Virus record (IMG/VR): IMGVR_UViG_3300009011_000001
Coordinates: 1 to 64,000 of that record
Length of the DNA: 64,000 bases
Reading direction: 5' to 3' (one strand)
This document shows positions 63,766-64,000 of the stretch, in pieces. Each line of letters begins with the position of its first letter. Within the stretch, counting starts at the first letter, position 1. The notes under the pieces were generated by a model. The model had not been told where the DNA came from. It saw nothing but the letters and a program-made list of their open reading frames with translations, and did not search any database. The translations under genes and the position numbers were made by a program.

Positions 63766-64000
63766 GCTCGTAGCCGAGAAATTCGAATACGAGTATTTTG
63801 ATGATCCGATCAGTGATGCCAGAGCTGAGATGATTCGTGAGATGGACAGCTACTGGTACCGCCGGCAGCTTTTCGAGGCCTTTGGTGGCATCAATCACGT
63901 TGCTCTGCTCCGCAATGAATTGCAAGAGCTTGCTAAGGTCGTTGAGGGCCACGAGCTCCTTGAGGCATGTTGTCTCATGTATCGTCCATTCATCCTGCAC
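63710..64000 (+). CDS. Array gene 11, hypothetical, truncated by the window end; not in the ORF track
   Basis: GGAG RBS. MVYQRVVGFCPDLVTRIDELVAEKFEYEYFDDP...ELLEACCLMYRPFILH, open to the end of the window. Confidence 0.75.
   Translation, partial: MVYQRVVGFCPDLVTRIDELVAEKFEYEYFDDPISDARAEMIREMDSYWYRRQLFEAFGGINHVALLRNELQELAKVVEGHELLEACCLMYRPFILH

Noticed and set aside
1-64000. CRISPR array, tRNA genes or reverse-transcriptase (DGR/retron) systems
   Set aside because: No spaced direct repeats, cloverleafs or RT motifs seen by eye; the hairpin family is dispersed, not arrayed. tRNAscan and CRT would confirm.
1-64000. Chimallin and non-virion RNAP genes
   Set aside because: Not recognised in this window; nucleus formation is inferred only from PhuZ and the phiKZ-type core genes.

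Overview
64 kb segment of a phiKZ-like, nucleus-forming jumbo phage (Chimalliviridae-type). Assignments come from motifs read in the translations plus recalled phiKZ-family gene order. No database search was run, so phiKZ gp numbers are positional or recalled orthologies. Left part: virion protein (truncated), spanin pair, RNase H, head protein, UvsX, virion RNAP beta C-terminal subunit and conserved hypotheticals. Middle: gp182-like tail protein, 2235-aa tape measure/lytic transglycosylase, virion RNAP beta-prime and beta subunits, gp177/gp176-like genes, prohead protease, two paralogous internal head proteins and a small early-gene cluster. Next: tail tube, tail sheath, three baseplate/tail genes, large terminase and an ~8.5 kb island of unknown genes. 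Right end: a 410-bp structured non-coding region, PhuZ tubulin and a run of 11 overlapping small genes. No tRNA, CRISPR array, intein, intron or chimallin gene was recognised. Most striking unexplained signals: (1) clustered GNA-triloop hairpins with repeated tandem G.A steps inside a G-run tract at 56.59-56.72 kb, suggesting an element that works as single-stranded DNA; (2) 11 tightly coupled genes after phuZ that appear to share one architecture; (3) a family of CATA...TATG intergenic hairpins; (4) a CACACAT(T/A)(A/G)C promoter-like motif, one copy of which points antisense through a virion gene toward phuZ.
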